Below are positions 1 to 8,783 of a DNA stretch of 31,187 nt, piece by piece. How positions within the stretch are numbered: position 1 is the stretch's first letter; each line of letters begins with the position of its first letter. Below the pieces are notes generated by a model. The model saw only the letters and a program-made list of their open reading frames with translations. It did not search any database and had not been told where the DNA came from. A program made the translations under genes and the position numbers. Source of the DNA: Promethearchaeota archaeon (GTDB lineage Archaea > Asgardarchaeota > Lokiarchaeia > Sigyniarchaeales > SOKP01); assembly GCA_048938005.1 (NCBI GenBank), contig JBHLMQ010000017.1:20950-52136 (forward strand). The letters are read 5' to 3'.

Positions 1-150
1 GAGAGTTCCAAATTACTAAGTTTTAAAATTTTAAGAAATTTAATAATCCTCTAATTTTTTCTCAAGTAAAACCAAAAATTTAATATTAAATTCTGTATTT
101 ACTAACATTAAATCAAATAATTAAACATAACATTAATTAATTGAGTTCAA

Positions 151-648
151 ATGAGTTCTTTATCTGCTGTTCGGCCTAAAAATTTCCGCGAAAAGGTGTT
201 TTTTCGTAAACTCCGATCACAAGTGGATGGAAATGCAAAAGGTGAACATGCTTTAACACAAATTAGAGGTATTGGCAGAAGATTCGCTCAAGCTATCATT
301 AGAGTAGCTAAAGTCGACCCAAATATTAGAATAGGAGCACTTCCTGAAAAAGATTTGAATAGAATCGAAGAAATAATCATTAATCCGATCGAAAATGGTC
401 TTCCTAATTGGATGGTGAACCGACCAAAAGATTTGCGTACTGGTGAGGATCTTCATGTAATAGGAAATATATTGGAAATAACAATCAAAAGAGACATAGA
501 TAGAATGAAAAAAATTAAAAGTTATAAGGGTGTTCGCCATCATTTAAAATTAAAAGTACGTGGTCAACGAACAAAAAGTACTGGTCGTCATGGATTAGTT
601 GTTGGTGTTATGAGAAGGAAAAAAGGACAACAATTAAAATCTAAATAG
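151..648 (+). CDS. rps13: 30S ribosomal protein uS13 (archaeal S13)
   Basis: [13 protein letters not shown] helix-turn-helix; archaeal/eukaryal P-x-W-x-x-N-R-x-K-D segment; SYKGVRH and [11 protein letters not shown] signatures. Confidence 0.98.
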   Translation: MSSLSAVRPKNFREKVFFRKLRSQVDGNAKGEHALTQIRGIGRRFAQAIIRVAKVDPNIRIGALPEKDLNRIEEIIINPIENGLPNWMVNRPKDLRTGEDLHVIGNILEITIKRDIDRMKKIKSYKGVRHHLKLKVRGQRTKSTGRHGLVVGVMRRKKGQQLKSK

Positions 649-662
649 TTAAGGGGGTAAAA

Positions 663-1166
663 ATGGGAGATCCTAGACGCTTAAAGAAGAAATTTAAAAA
701 ACCACTCCATCCATATCAAAAAGAACGAATGATGGAAGAACTCGAATTTCTGGGCAAATATGGCCTTAGAAATAAACGAGAATACTGGAAATCGCGTAGC
801 ACATTAGGAAATTGGCGAGATATCGCTCGCCGTTCTAGAACATTATCTAAAGAACAAGCCACAGAAGTTCAACAAACATTAATTAGAAAATTAAATCGCT
901 TAGGGATTATCGGACCAGAGGCAGAGTTTGAAGATGTACTCCTTCTAACAGTAGAAGATCTTTTAAAGAGAAGATTACAAACTCTTGTTTATGAAAAAGG
1001 ACTCGCAAGCACCATATATCAAGCAAGACAATATATTACCCATGGACACATACAAGTTAGAGGAAAAAAAATTGATGCTCCTTCCTATATTGTAAAAAAA
1101 GAGGAAGAAAATCTTATCAGTTTCACTCCTGATAGTCCATTATCAGTAGCAAAAGAAAAAAGTTAA
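663..1166 (+). CDS. rps4: 30S ribosomal protein uS4 (archaeal S4)
   Basis: MGDP start, [27 protein letters not shown]4 motif; SD-like AGGGGG upstream. Confidence 0.98.
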   Translation: MGDPRRLKKKFKKPLHPYQKERMMEELEFLGKYGLRNKREYWKSRSTLGNWRDIARRSRTLSKEQATEVQQTLIRKLNRLGIIGPEAEFEDVLLLTVEDLLKRRLQTLVYEKGLASTIYQARQYITHGHIQVRGKKIDAPSYIVKKEEENLISFTPDSPLSVAKEKS

Positions 1167-1179
1167 AGGTGTTTAATAA

Positions 1180-1578
1180 TTGAGTAGAAGAGAAGATATA
1201 AAATGGGCAATCGTCCATATTTTTTCAAGCTATAACAATACCATCGTAACTGCCACAGATGTCAGTGGAGCTGAAACTTTTGCCAAATGTAGCGGAGGAA
1301 TGGTTGTTAAGGCTGATAGGGATGAATCTAATCCATACGCTGCCATGCAGTGCGGATTTCGAGTGAGCGCTGAACTCAAAGATAAAGGAATCCGCGGGAT
1401 ACATATTAAAGTGCGAGCCCCCGGTGGAAATAAATCTCAAACTCCAGGCCCTGGAGCACAAGCCTGCATCCGCGCTCTCGCTCGAAGCGGGCTACAAGTC
1501 GGTAGAATTGAAGAAGTAACCCCTAAATCGCATGACCACTGCCGTAGAAAAGGCGGACATAGGGGTCGTAGGGTATAA
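1180..1578 (+). CDS. rps11: 30S ribosomal protein uS11 (archaeal S11), TTG start
   Basis: [29 protein letters not shown]-terminal [11 protein letters not shown]; AGGTG SD-like motif upstream. Confidence 0.98.
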   Translation: MSRREDIKWAIVHIFSSYNNTIVTATDVSGAETFAKCSGGMVVKADRDESNPYAAMQCGFRVSAELKDKGIRGIHIKVRAPGGNKSQTPGPGAQACIRALARSGLQVGRIEEVTPKSHDHCRRKGGHRGRRV

Positions 1579-1619
1579 AAATCTCTTAGGAAACTATCTT
1601 AATCAAGGATCTAGTGCAT

Positions 1620-1869
1620 TTATTTTTCTATAACTGAATTGTCCTTATTCTGGAATCTTTTCATAAATTTTTCTTTTTGTTCATAATAGTAATTAATGTA
1701 ATCATGCTGTCTTTTATCTTCTTCACTTCCCATGGGATGGTACCAGATACAATCATTTTCTTGGCATTCAATGCAATACCATGTTTCATATAAATCAATA
1801 TATACTATATCTTTACACTTTGTATAATAATCTCTCTGAGGTTGTTTCTTATTTTTCTGAGTTTTTCAT
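1620..1869 (-). pseudogene. Small Cys-containing hypothetical ORF with an apparent 1-nt frameshift right after the start codon
   Basis: Manual translation gives an 81-codon open frame (KTQKNKKQPQRDYYTKCKDIVYIDLYETWYCIECQENDCIWYHPMG...VIEK*, stop 1620-1622); the ATG at 1869 is out of frame by one base in an A5 run. Confidence 0.45.
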
Positions 1870-1992
1870 TCCGTATGATAATTTAATTTTAAAACTAAAA
1901 AAAATCTAAAAGTTAACATTTAATATAAAGTGGGAATTATACTATTTTGTATAATTTATTTGAAGTATTCATAATTAAATCAAAGTTGAAAA

Positions 1993-2211
1993 ATGCCTCA
2001 TTGTAACGACTGTGGATACAAGTTTAAAGGAACAAATATTAAAATCTGTGAAAAATGCGGTTCTGAAAACATTTCTTTGAATTCTGATGAATTTGACATC
2101 GAAAAATACAAAAAAGATATGAAGACCTATTCAAAACGAGTAGGGATAATAATAGGAATTATTTTTGTTATATTTTTAATAATTTTCATAAGTTTAATTA
2201 TTTCTATTTAA
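1993..2211 (+). CDS. Small zinc-ribbon protein with C-terminal transmembrane helix
   Basis: CNDC-x11-CEKC zinc ribbon, then a basic patch and a terminal ~21-aa hydrophobic helix. Confidence 0.8.
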   Translation: MPHCNDCGYKFKGTNIKICEKCGSENISLNSDEFDIEKYKKDMKTYSKRVGIIIGIIFVIFLIIFISLIISI

Positions 2212-2224
2212 TGGTTGAGAAAAA

Positions 2225-2398
2225 ATGAGATATAGGGTACATGAATTCCGATATAAACCAGGAATGAGAGGTTTGCTTAGTGAAAAAAAACAAAAAATTT
2301 TGGAAGATTTTTTAAATGCGTTAGAAGGAAAGGTTGTATCAATTATACATGTTCCGGATCTTCCGCTTCTTTTAATTATTGAGGAACTTGAAGTTTAA
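2225..2398 (+). CDS. Small hypothetical protein, 57 aa (not in ORF track)
   Basis: ATG 2225 to TAA 2398: MRYRVHEFRYKPGMRGLLSEKKQKILEDFLNALEGKVVSIIHVPDLPLLLIIEELEV; beta-alpha-beta-beta pattern; 13 nt after the previous stop and followed by a T-tract. Confidence 0.75.
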   Translation: MRYRVHEFRYKPGMRGLLSEKKQKILEDFLNALEGKVVSIIHVPDLPLLLIIEELEV

Positions 2399-2654
2399 TT
2401 TTTTTTATTTTCAGTTTATAATGTTCTTTTTAACACAGTTCTTTTTTTCACTCTTTAGAAATCTTTTGAGAACATATTCCAACTAATTTTAAATTTAAAT
2501 TTAAACGAATTTGCTATTTAGAATCAAAAATTCAGTGAATTCTAAAGATTCGTAAACATTTGATATCGGAAAAAAATATATTAATGAAATGTTTTTAAAT
2601 ACTTAAAGAGAAACTTTAAGAGATAATCAAATTAAATCAATCAAGTAACCTTTT

Positions 2655-4073
2655 ATGAGCGAAGAAGAAAAGTTCAAATCTATTATTCAAGAGATTAAGG
2701 ATATTTATTTGTACTTAACACAGGGAGAACCGAGTCCAGATGATGAGATCACAGCTCGAGAGAAATTAATTAAGATGATCGAAACTTTAAAAACTGTGAA
2801 TTCGTCCCATGTAGGATCGAATATGCGTCTTTTTGAAGATACTTTAAGTAAATTAGATAAGTGGGATACTTTAGAATTTTGGTTTATAGAATCTGAACTA
2901 CCAGAATTAATTCAAAAAATAATCAGTATTACTGAAGAAATACCCGAATTTAAGGTGGAAGAATATAAAGAAACACCCACTACCCAAATGCGCGAAGATT
3001 TAGAAAAAGCTAGCCTTGATATTGATGAAATTGTTGGCAAGGTTTCTGAACAATTTAAAGGGGAAATCGATGATCTTAAACAGGAGATTGACGTTTTAAA
3101 GTTAGAATTAGAAAAAAAAGATGAAACTATCAAACAAGCCACTCAAAAGAAAGTCATAAAAAAAATTATACCTAAAAAAGATGTAAAATTACCTCCTCCA
3201 AAAATCAAAATTCCCGTTATTAAAACACCAGAAAAACCTCCTAAAGTTAAAGCCCCTGGTATATCTGAGGCAGAAAAACCAAAAGTAAAGATTGAAGGAA
3301 AATCTATAGAACAAGTTCAATCAAAAATTGAAGAAGAACTAGAAAAAATAAAAGCTCCTCCTGTATTTCAGGAAAAATCAAAGATAAAACAAGAATCAGA
3401 AACACCAGAATTTACTGAAATGCCTGAAAAACCGAAAAAAAGTAAAGTAATATCTGAAATTATTGAAATCGATGTCTTAGAAGAAGAAAAAGACATACCA
3501 TTTAGTTTACAAGAGCCTAAGACTGTTGAAAAGTCTGAGGAAATTGAAGAACCGGAAATTGTTCAAAAACCCAAAATTACTTCAGTAAGTATAGAAGAAG
3601 TTGAGGCTGAGGATGTAAGTTCAACTGGAACTGATTTATTTAACGTTTTTTCTTCAGTTGGAGAAAAACCTATTGAAAAATTACCAACCTTGGACGATGC
3701 TTTTGCCGAGCCGTCAGTCAAAGAAAAGAAAAAGAAAGAAGATAAGAAAAAGAAGAAAGAAACAAAAAAGACTGATACAATGCCTTTCGTTGATTTTAGT
3801 GGTGCTGAATCCAAAATAGAGGGTATTGATGAATATGAAACATCTGATGTGGAAGAATTGCCTACAGATAAGGATTCCTTATATCAAGAGTTAATTGCTC
3901 TTGAGGGTAAACGATATTCATTAGAAAAAAGCTTTAAAGATGTTGAAAAAAGTTATAATACGGGTTCTATTGATGATCTTGAGTATCAAAAACAGAGTGA
4001 TGAACTCAGGTTAAAACTAGAAAGTATAACTACAAAAATTAACAAAATAAGACGAGTAATATCAAGTTTATGA
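2655..4073 (+). CDS. Hypothetical protein: N-terminal helical bundle, coiled coil, Pro/Lys/Glu-rich disordered linker, C-terminal steadiness-box-like helical hairpin
   Basis: 472-aa ORF; heptad region ~aa 110-165; PPPKIKIP-rich segment; C-terminal LYQEL...GSIDDLEYQK hairpin. Confidence 0.85.
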   Translation: MSEEEKFKSIIQEIKDIYLYLTQGEPSPDDEITAREKLIKMIETLKTVNSSHVGSNMRLFEDTLSKLDKWDTLEFWFIESELPELIQKIISITEEIPEFKVEEYKETPTTQMREDLEKASLDIDEIVGKVSEQFKGEIDDLKQEIDVLKLELEKKDETIKQATQKKVIKKIIPKKDVKLPPPKIKIPVIKTPEKPPKVKAPGISEAEKPKVKIEGKSIEQVQSKIEEELEKIKAPPVFQEKSKIKQESETPEFTEMPEKPKKSKVISEIIEIDVLEEEKDIPFSLQEPKTVEKSEEIEEPEIVQKPKITSVSIEEVEAEDVSSTGTDLFNVFSSVGEKPIEKLPTLDDAFAEPSVKEKKKKEDKKKKKETKKTDTMPFVDFSGAESKIEGIDEYETSDVEELPTDKDSLYQELIALEGKRYSLEKSFKDVEKSYNTGSIDDLEYQKQSDELRLKLESITTKINKIRRVISSL

Positions 4074-4076
4074 CTT

Positions 4077-4850
4077 TTATTCTTCTTCTAATTTGTTTAT
4101 TCTGAAAAATGGTGGCATTGTTAGTTTATGATGTGCAGATTTCATCATATCCTTAACTTTCTTTATAATATCTTTGTTTAAATCATCTAAATCCAATTTA
4201 TTGTCAATCCTGAAGATTATCTCATCTAAAAGATCATAATTTATACCAATTTCACCTTCATCCGTTTGATCTTCCCATAATCCTGCACTTGGGGGTTTTT
4301 CAATGATTTCTTCAGGAATATTTAATATTTTAGCTATTTCTTTTACTTCACATTTATAGAGGCCTCCAATAGGCTCAAAATCAACTCCACCATCACCATA
4401 TTTAGTAAAATAGCCAATTGCTAATTCAGTTCTATTACTAGTACCAGCAACCAGGAATTTTCCTAAAGACTGCCCAACAAAATAAATTGCCATCATCCTC
4501 AATCGAGGTTTTAAATTTGCCATTGCAATTTGATTAGAATCGAATAATGGGGATGAAATTTTCAAAAACTCGTCATAAATACTTGTTAACTCTATTTTGA
4601 TAAACTTTATTCCTAAAATTTTAGCTAATTTCTCCGCATCATTTAAATCTTGTGGAATTGATGAACATGGTAAACCTAATCCAATAACATTAGCCTTACC
4701 AATGGCATTAACGCATAACGTTGCTATTACAGCACTATCGATACCTCCACTAATCCCTACAACAATCCCGTTTACTTTTGCGTTTGCCACATATTCTTTT
4801 ATCCACTCTTGAATTTCTGAAATAATTTTTTTATAATCCAGTTTTCGCAT
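4077..4850 (-). CDS. nadE: NH3-dependent NAD+ synthetase
   Basis: SGGIDS PP-loop, N-x-K-P-R-L-R-M, GYFTKYGDGG, PSAGLWEDQTDE. Confidence 0.97.
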   Translation of the reverse strand: MRKLDYKKIISEIQEWIKEYVANAKVNGIVVGISGGIDSAVIATLCVNAIGKANVIGLGLPCSSIPQDLNDAEKLAKILGIKFIKIELTSIYDEFLKISSPLFDSNQIAMANLKPRLRMMAIYFVGQSLGKFLVAGTSNRTELAIGYFTKYGDGGVDFEPIGGLYKCEVKEIAKILNIPEEIIEKPPSAGLWEDQTDEGEIGINYDLLDEIIFRIDNKLDLDDLNKDIIKKVKDMMKSAHHKLTMPPFFRINKLEEE

Positions 4851-5008
4851 AATATTTTTTAACTCTATTCCTAATTAAAATACTTTTTTTAGCATAAACT
4901 TAAAAGATAAGATTATAATAAAAATTTTATAATTGTAAAATTAAAAATATAAACTTAATTAAATCTACTTGAATAAAATTTAATTAAAAATGTAAATATT
5001 GATATAGA

Positions 5009-5419
5009 ATGAGTGAGGAATTTAAAACAATTATAGATTCTTCTTTTGATAATGGAACGCCATTGTGGATTTATACAAAAGATTATATTTATGGTATGGT
5101 ACCAACTGCCGGGGATAAATGGCTTGAAGTATCTTATACTTTTGAAGATCCTGATGAACCCTTAATGAAAGGAGAGAAAAGTCCAGATTTTGCCTATCAA
5201 TTAATGATGGAAGAAATTTCTAAAGGCGTTACTTTTTATGTCGAAGATTTAAAAGTACCTTTATTGAAAGAGTTTTCTGGAGGCACTGGAAAATCTGGTT
5301 CTGATTTAATTAATGCTGTAATTGAAGAATTAATAAAAAATACTTCAAAATATACAAGCAATACTGATTTTCTAATTAAAAGTAAAGATGAGTTAGTTAA
5401 GTTGAAAGATAAATTATAA
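5009..5419 (+). CDS. Hypothetical protein (136 aa)
   Basis: Clean ORF with globular composition, divergent from nadE; no family recognised. Confidence 0.8.
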   Translation: MSEEFKTIIDSSFDNGTPLWIYTKDYIYGMVPTAGDKWLEVSYTFEDPDEPLMKGEKSPDFAYQLMMEEISKGVTFYVEDLKVPLLKEFSGGTGKSGSDLINAVIEELIKNTSKYTSNTDFLIKSKDELVKLKDKL

Positions 5420-5426
5420 AACTTAT

Positions 5427-5921
5427 TTAAATATATAATCCGCGCCGTTGTGGATGCTTTTTAGAAAATTCCTTATCAATACGCCTTCCTAATGCTGGTC
5501 CTACATTTGGATCTCGTTCACTTATTAATTTTTTTAAATAATTACCATGTTCTTGAGAATATTTTTCAATACCAGCAGCAATAATATTCTGATCTTTCTT
5601 AATAGGCACAATCATTCCGAATAAGCGAAGCATATCGTTTGGTGACATTTTTTTCCCAATTTTCTCGTCAATATCTTTATCCAAATTTCTAACAACTGTA
5701 CCCATGCTTAAAGCAGAATAAGGACTCAATTGTTTTGATTTTAACCAAAAAGCATTGGGTTTTTTAGTGATAAATGTATCTAAATTACCATCTTTATCTT
5801 TAGAGCCTATAACTCTCCAATCTTTTCTATCTTTATCGTACTCCTTTTTCATTTTTTTTACAACTGAACTTATTGGAGATACTCCGTAATAATCCTTTTC
5901 TTCCTCTTTATCACTAGTCAT
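5427..5921 (-). CDS. Uncharacterised archaeal protein (164 aa)
   Basis: Clean ORF; the WR..D..D..LK..P..G..R-x-L-D pattern recalls an uncharacterised archaeal family (from memory). Confidence 0.78.
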   Translation of the reverse strand: MTSDKEEEKDYYGVSPISSVVKKMKKEYDKDRKDWRVIGSKDKDGNLDTFITKKPNAFWLKSKQLSPYSALSMGTVVRNLDKDIDEKIGKKMSPNDMLRLFGMIVPIKKDQNIIAAGIEKYSQEHGNYLKKLISERDPNVGPALGRRIDKEFSKKHPQRRGLYI

Positions 5922-6098
5922 AGTCCCTATTATATTAAGGAAACTTAACTATAAAAATATAGAGAAAAATATAGATAAGTTGTTATTCGCTTAAGACTAA
6001 CATTAATTAGTTTATCTTATCTATTGGTAATAAAGCAAAATTATATAGATAAAAATTTTACGTTATTATAGTATATTTCAATTAAATAGCATATTTCT

Positions 6099-6839
6099 AT
6101 GGTTGAAATTAATATATATGAAACTAAAGAAGAAATGGGAAAAGCAGCTGCGATTAAAGCAGCAAAAATCATAAGAGATGCTTTAAAGATACATAAAAAG
6201 GTTTATTTTATCGCAGCTACAGGCACTTCTCAATTTGAATTTCTTAATAATTTAACACACCAAAGAGGAATTGAATGGGACAAGACAGTTATGTTTCATT
6301 TAGATGAATATATCGGATTATCAGCAGATCATCCTGCTAGTTTTCGAAAATATCTGAAAGAACGAATAGTTGATATAATACATCCGAATAGGGTTCATTT
6401 TATTAGAGGTGACGCAACAGATCCAAAGATGGAATGTAAAAGAATTAGTAAATTGATTTCTAAAGTAAAAATTGACATTGCTTTTGTAGGAATTGGCGAA
6501 AATGGGCATATAGCATTTAATGATCCGCCTGCAGATTTTAAAATAAAGGAACCCTATATTATTGTTGATTTAGATGAAAAATGTCGAAACCAGCAAGTAG
6601 GTGAGGGATGGTTTAGATCAATTGAAGATGTCCCGAAAAAAGCAATATCTATGTCAATTCAGGAAATTTTACGAGCAAAAAATATAATTTGTGTATGTCC
6701 TGATGAGAGGAAAGCAGAGGCTGTGCAAAATTGCCTTTCAGATGATATTAAAATAACACCAACTTATCCTGCTTCCATATTAAAAACTCATAAAAGTGTT
6801 TTTTGCTATCTTGATAAATTTTCTGCATCGTTATTATAA
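6099..6839 (+). CDS. nagB: Glucosamine-6-phosphate deaminase-like protein (NagB family)
   Basis: ATGTSQ, FHLDEY, HPASF, GIGENGHIAFNDP, PASIL motifs. Confidence 0.88.
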   Translation: MVEINIYETKEEMGKAAAIKAAKIIRDALKIHKKVYFIAATGTSQFEFLNNLTHQRGIEWDKTVMFHLDEYIGLSADHPASFRKYLKERIVDIIHPNRVHFIRGDATDPKMECKRISKLISKVKIDIAFVGIGENGHIAFNDPPADFKIKEPYIIVDLDEKCRNQQVGEGWFRSIEDVPKKAISMSIQEILRAKNIICVCPDERKAEAVQNCLSDDIKITPTYPASILKTHKSVFCYLDKFSASLL

Positions 6840-6853
6840 TAATATATTTTTAG

Positions 6854-8773
6854 GTGAGCATAATCGAAATTCCGTATCGAGTCGATCTCAAATTCAAAAC
6901 ATATATTGATCTTTTTGATCGTGCTGTAGAATCTAAGAATTATCAGTTATTGAAAAAATTGCTAAAATTAATACAAGAAAATGAATCTTTATTTCTAGAG
7001 GGCTATAATAAAAGAAAAAAGGAGGGTGTCTATTATACCAATGAAGAAATTTCGAAATTTATCATTTCAAAGTCAATAATTGAAATAATAAATAAAAAAT
7101 TAAACCATTTTAGAAATATTAACTTCGAGATTAAAAATTTAAAGGAAATCTATCATTTGCAACAAGATTTGAAGAGAGAAATTATTAAAATTCTTCTTAA
7201 TCTATCTATATGCGATCCTGCGTGTGGATCTGGAGTTTTTTTATTCTCTGCAGCTAATATTCTTTTTGAGTTAATCCAAAATTTAAGTAAAGAAGTTAAT
7301 CAATTTCGAATAAAAACACAAATCCTAAGAAATATTTATGGATTAGATATAAATCCACATGCAATTAAGTTATGCTCTCTAAAATTGTTCGCGTGGGTCT
7401 ATAAAGAAATTGAATTAAATAATACAGAATCTATTACTTCTATATTTTCAAATTTAAAAGTAGATAATAGTTTATTTTCAAAAGATTGGCCAAAAAAATT
7501 ATTTAATAGGAAAAATTTCGATATTATTGTTGGAAATCCTCCATATGGCAATATCTTAAGTAAGAAAGAGAAGGATGTTTTAAAATATCAAAATCTGTTT
7601 TATAATGATATTTATTGCGCATTTTTGATTAAATCTCTTGATTGGATAGATTCTGGAATCATAGGATTTCTAGTCCCTAAAAGCTTTCTTCTCAGACAAG
7701 GATATATCAAATTCCGGAATAATTTGCTTGATAATGCGTCAATTTTAAAGATTTATGATATTGGAGCTAATCTCTTTAAGAAAGCCACGAATGAAGTACA
7801 AATTGTAATTTATCAAAAAAATAAAAATCAAGAATATAATTTAGAAGTATTCGATTATCCAGAGTATCGAATTATTACTTACATGAACCAGAGATTTGAT
7901 AAGTTAAGAGTTTGTTTCAATATAGAATGCCCGTTGAGTCTAAAATCTAGAAAGTTATATGTATACACTTTCAAGAAGATTTGTCCTTATTGTGGATATA
8001 TTACGGTTGATTTAAATCGAATTAGAATTAAACCTAATGAAGAAGTATTTAAGTTAATTGATAAAATTGAAAATATTGGAGATTTAAATTATTTAAATCA
8101 TGTAGATTTTCCAAAAATGATTAGAGGAGAAGAAGAAAAAGGATTAAAGTTAGTGAGAAGAAAATTAAGGAAAAATACCTACGGTTCATGCTTTTTTATA
8201 AGCGCTAGGAATGATTTCAGATATTATGCTTTTAAAAAAAATAAATCGTTCAATATTGAAGAAATTGAAGCAAAAATCTTGAAAGGTAATAATTATGAAT
8301 ATTATAAGAAACCTAAATTGTTAATTAAGCATAATAATATAATCCCTGAAGCAATCTATACTGAAGATCGAGTATGCTTTACTTCATCGATTTATTCATT
8401 ACTTCATGATGATACTAATGAGTTAAAATTTTTATGCGCTGTTCTTAATTCAATTTTAATCCAATTTTACTGTACTTATGCTATAAACAATCAGAAAGAT
8501 ACAACTATTAATTTAAATCAATATATGATTAGGCATTTACCAATAGTTAAATCTAATAAGGAAATAAAAATTAAAATTGCTGAAAAAGTAGACACAATAA
8601 TGAATTTATTAATTTTGAACAATGGAATTGCCAATGAACGTACTTATCAGTTATTAAGAGAAATTGATAACATTATTTTTAATTTATATACAATATCGGA
8701 AAGCGAGAAAGATTTAATTATATCAAAAACAAAGAAACAAAATAAGCACTTTAATTTAGTTTATGGTACTTAA
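6854..8773 (+). CDS. N6-adenine DNA methyltransferase, gamma class (Eco57I/TaqI-like) with C-terminal target recognition domain; GTG start
   Basis: GVYYT motif X, ICDPACGSGVF motif I, YGLDIN motif II, FDIIVGNPPY motif IV; TaqI_C-like PKLLIK...LCAVLNS...LPI. Confidence 0.92.
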   Translation: MSIIEIPYRVDLKFKTYIDLFDRAVESKNYQLLKKLLKLIQENESLFLEGYNKRKKEGVYYTNEEISKFIISKSIIEIINKKLNHFRNINFEIKNLKEIYHLQQDLKREIIKILLNLSICDPACGSGVFLFSAANILFELIQNLSKEVNQFRIKTQILRNIYGLDINPHAIKLCSLKLFAWVYKEIELNNTESITSIFSNLKVDNSLFSKDWPKKLFNRKNFDIIVGNPPYGNILSKKEKDVLKYQNLFYNDIYCAFLIKSLDWIDSGIIGFLVPKSFLLRQGYIKFRNNLLDNASILKIYDIGANLFKKATNEVQIVIYQKNKNQEYNLEVFDYPEYRIITYMNQRFDKLRVCFNIECPLSLKSRKLYVYTFKKICPYCGYITVDLNRIRIKPNEEVFKLIDKIENIGDLNYLNHVDFPKMIRGEEEKGLKLVRRKLRKNTYGSCFFISARNDFRYYAFKKNKSFNIEEIEAKILKGNNYEYYKKPKLLIKHNNIIPEAIYTEDRVCFTSSIYSLLHDDTNELKFLCAVLNSILIQFYCTYAINNQKDTTINLNQYMIRHLPIVKSNKEIKIKIAEKVDTIMNLLILNNGIANERTYQLLREIDNIIFNLYTISESEKDLIISKTKKQNKHFNLVYGT

Positions 8774-8783
8774 ATTAGAGTGA

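Noticed and set aside
2487-2506. TTTAAA x3 tandem palindrome
   Set aside because: Low-complexity AT sequence expected by chance in this genome
5270-5300. GGTGKS as a Walker A motif in the 136-aa protein
   Set aside because: Lacks the first Gly of GxxxxGK[ST] and a preceding hydrophobic strand; protein too small for a P-loop fold
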